Positions 63,520 to 64,000 of a stretch of DNA of 64,000 nt are shown one piece after another. The stretch's first letter is position 1, and each line of letters starts with the position of its first letter. The stretch is from Anolis carolinensis. Lineage: Eukaryota. Location of the stretch: NCBI RefSeq assembly GCF_035594765.1, contig NC_085841.1:132107574-132171573 (forward strand), in the 5' to 3' direction. Both the position numbers and the translations under genes were made by a program. The notes under the pieces were generated by a model. The model worked only from the letters and a program-made list of their open reading frames with translations. It ran no database searches and had not been told where the DNA came from.

Positions 63520-64000
63520 ACTAAAATATTCCTGTAGGAAAGGTCACTCTCTTATCAGTCCCTCCATTTCCTTCAAAGGAAAGTAATGTCTTAAATTGGT
63601 AATGAAAGAAAGATATCTGACTTGGACAATCTGAATGTTACAAAACTAGAAATTTTGCAGATTTCTCTTCTGAAGAAAAGAAATGAGTGTTTGGTTCTGC
63701 CTATTGGGATTCCAGTAACATTGATTCACAAAGACTCCTTTCATTAAGGTACATATGCCCTCCAGAAGCCATATTTGGGGACTGGGAAGAGGAAGACATC
63801 CAATATGTTTACCTAGCAACAATCTTATCAATCTTGAGGCACTAAATTTTTTCAGTCGCTGTGGGTTCTATTCTATCAGATCCTGAGGTTCTTCTCCAAG
63901 TAATATTGAACACTGAGATTGAATTTTTGATCAACATTTCATATTTCATAGGGAGATTATTTGAAATGCTGGTCTTCCCAGATATAGGGAATAAAAAAAA

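Overview
Vertebrate genomic DNA, AT-rich and repeat-dense. The repeat set (Sauria SINEs, young L2 LINEs, RTE, CR1, a Penelope-like fragment, hAT/Harbinger/Tc1-mariner MITEs, a Helitron) points to a squamate, probably Anolis-like; this is inference. The only host gene I can support is MYT1L on the + strand. Its first four coding exons (18611-18665, 18854-18887, 19192-19254, 52085-52449) splice in phase and encode [62 protein letters not shown]..., i.e. the first CCHHC zinc finger, a bipartite NLS-like motif and the acidic tract. The 5' UTR exons were not identified, and the rest of the gene lies beyond the window. Almost all other short ORFs in the track are intronic noise or TE fragments. I found no convincing new biological system. 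The most unusual structures are: a 1-kb GC-rich tandem array made entirely of hairpin modules (58.55-59.57 kb); a nested L2/hAT/Helitron insertion with exact junctions; an L2 ORF2 open for 887 codons from an ATG at its truncation junction; a decayed hammerhead-ribozyme motif in a Penelope-like fragment; a 113-nt intronic hairpin; and inverted repeat pairs flanking MYT1L exons. Family names come from recalled consensus features, not database searches.
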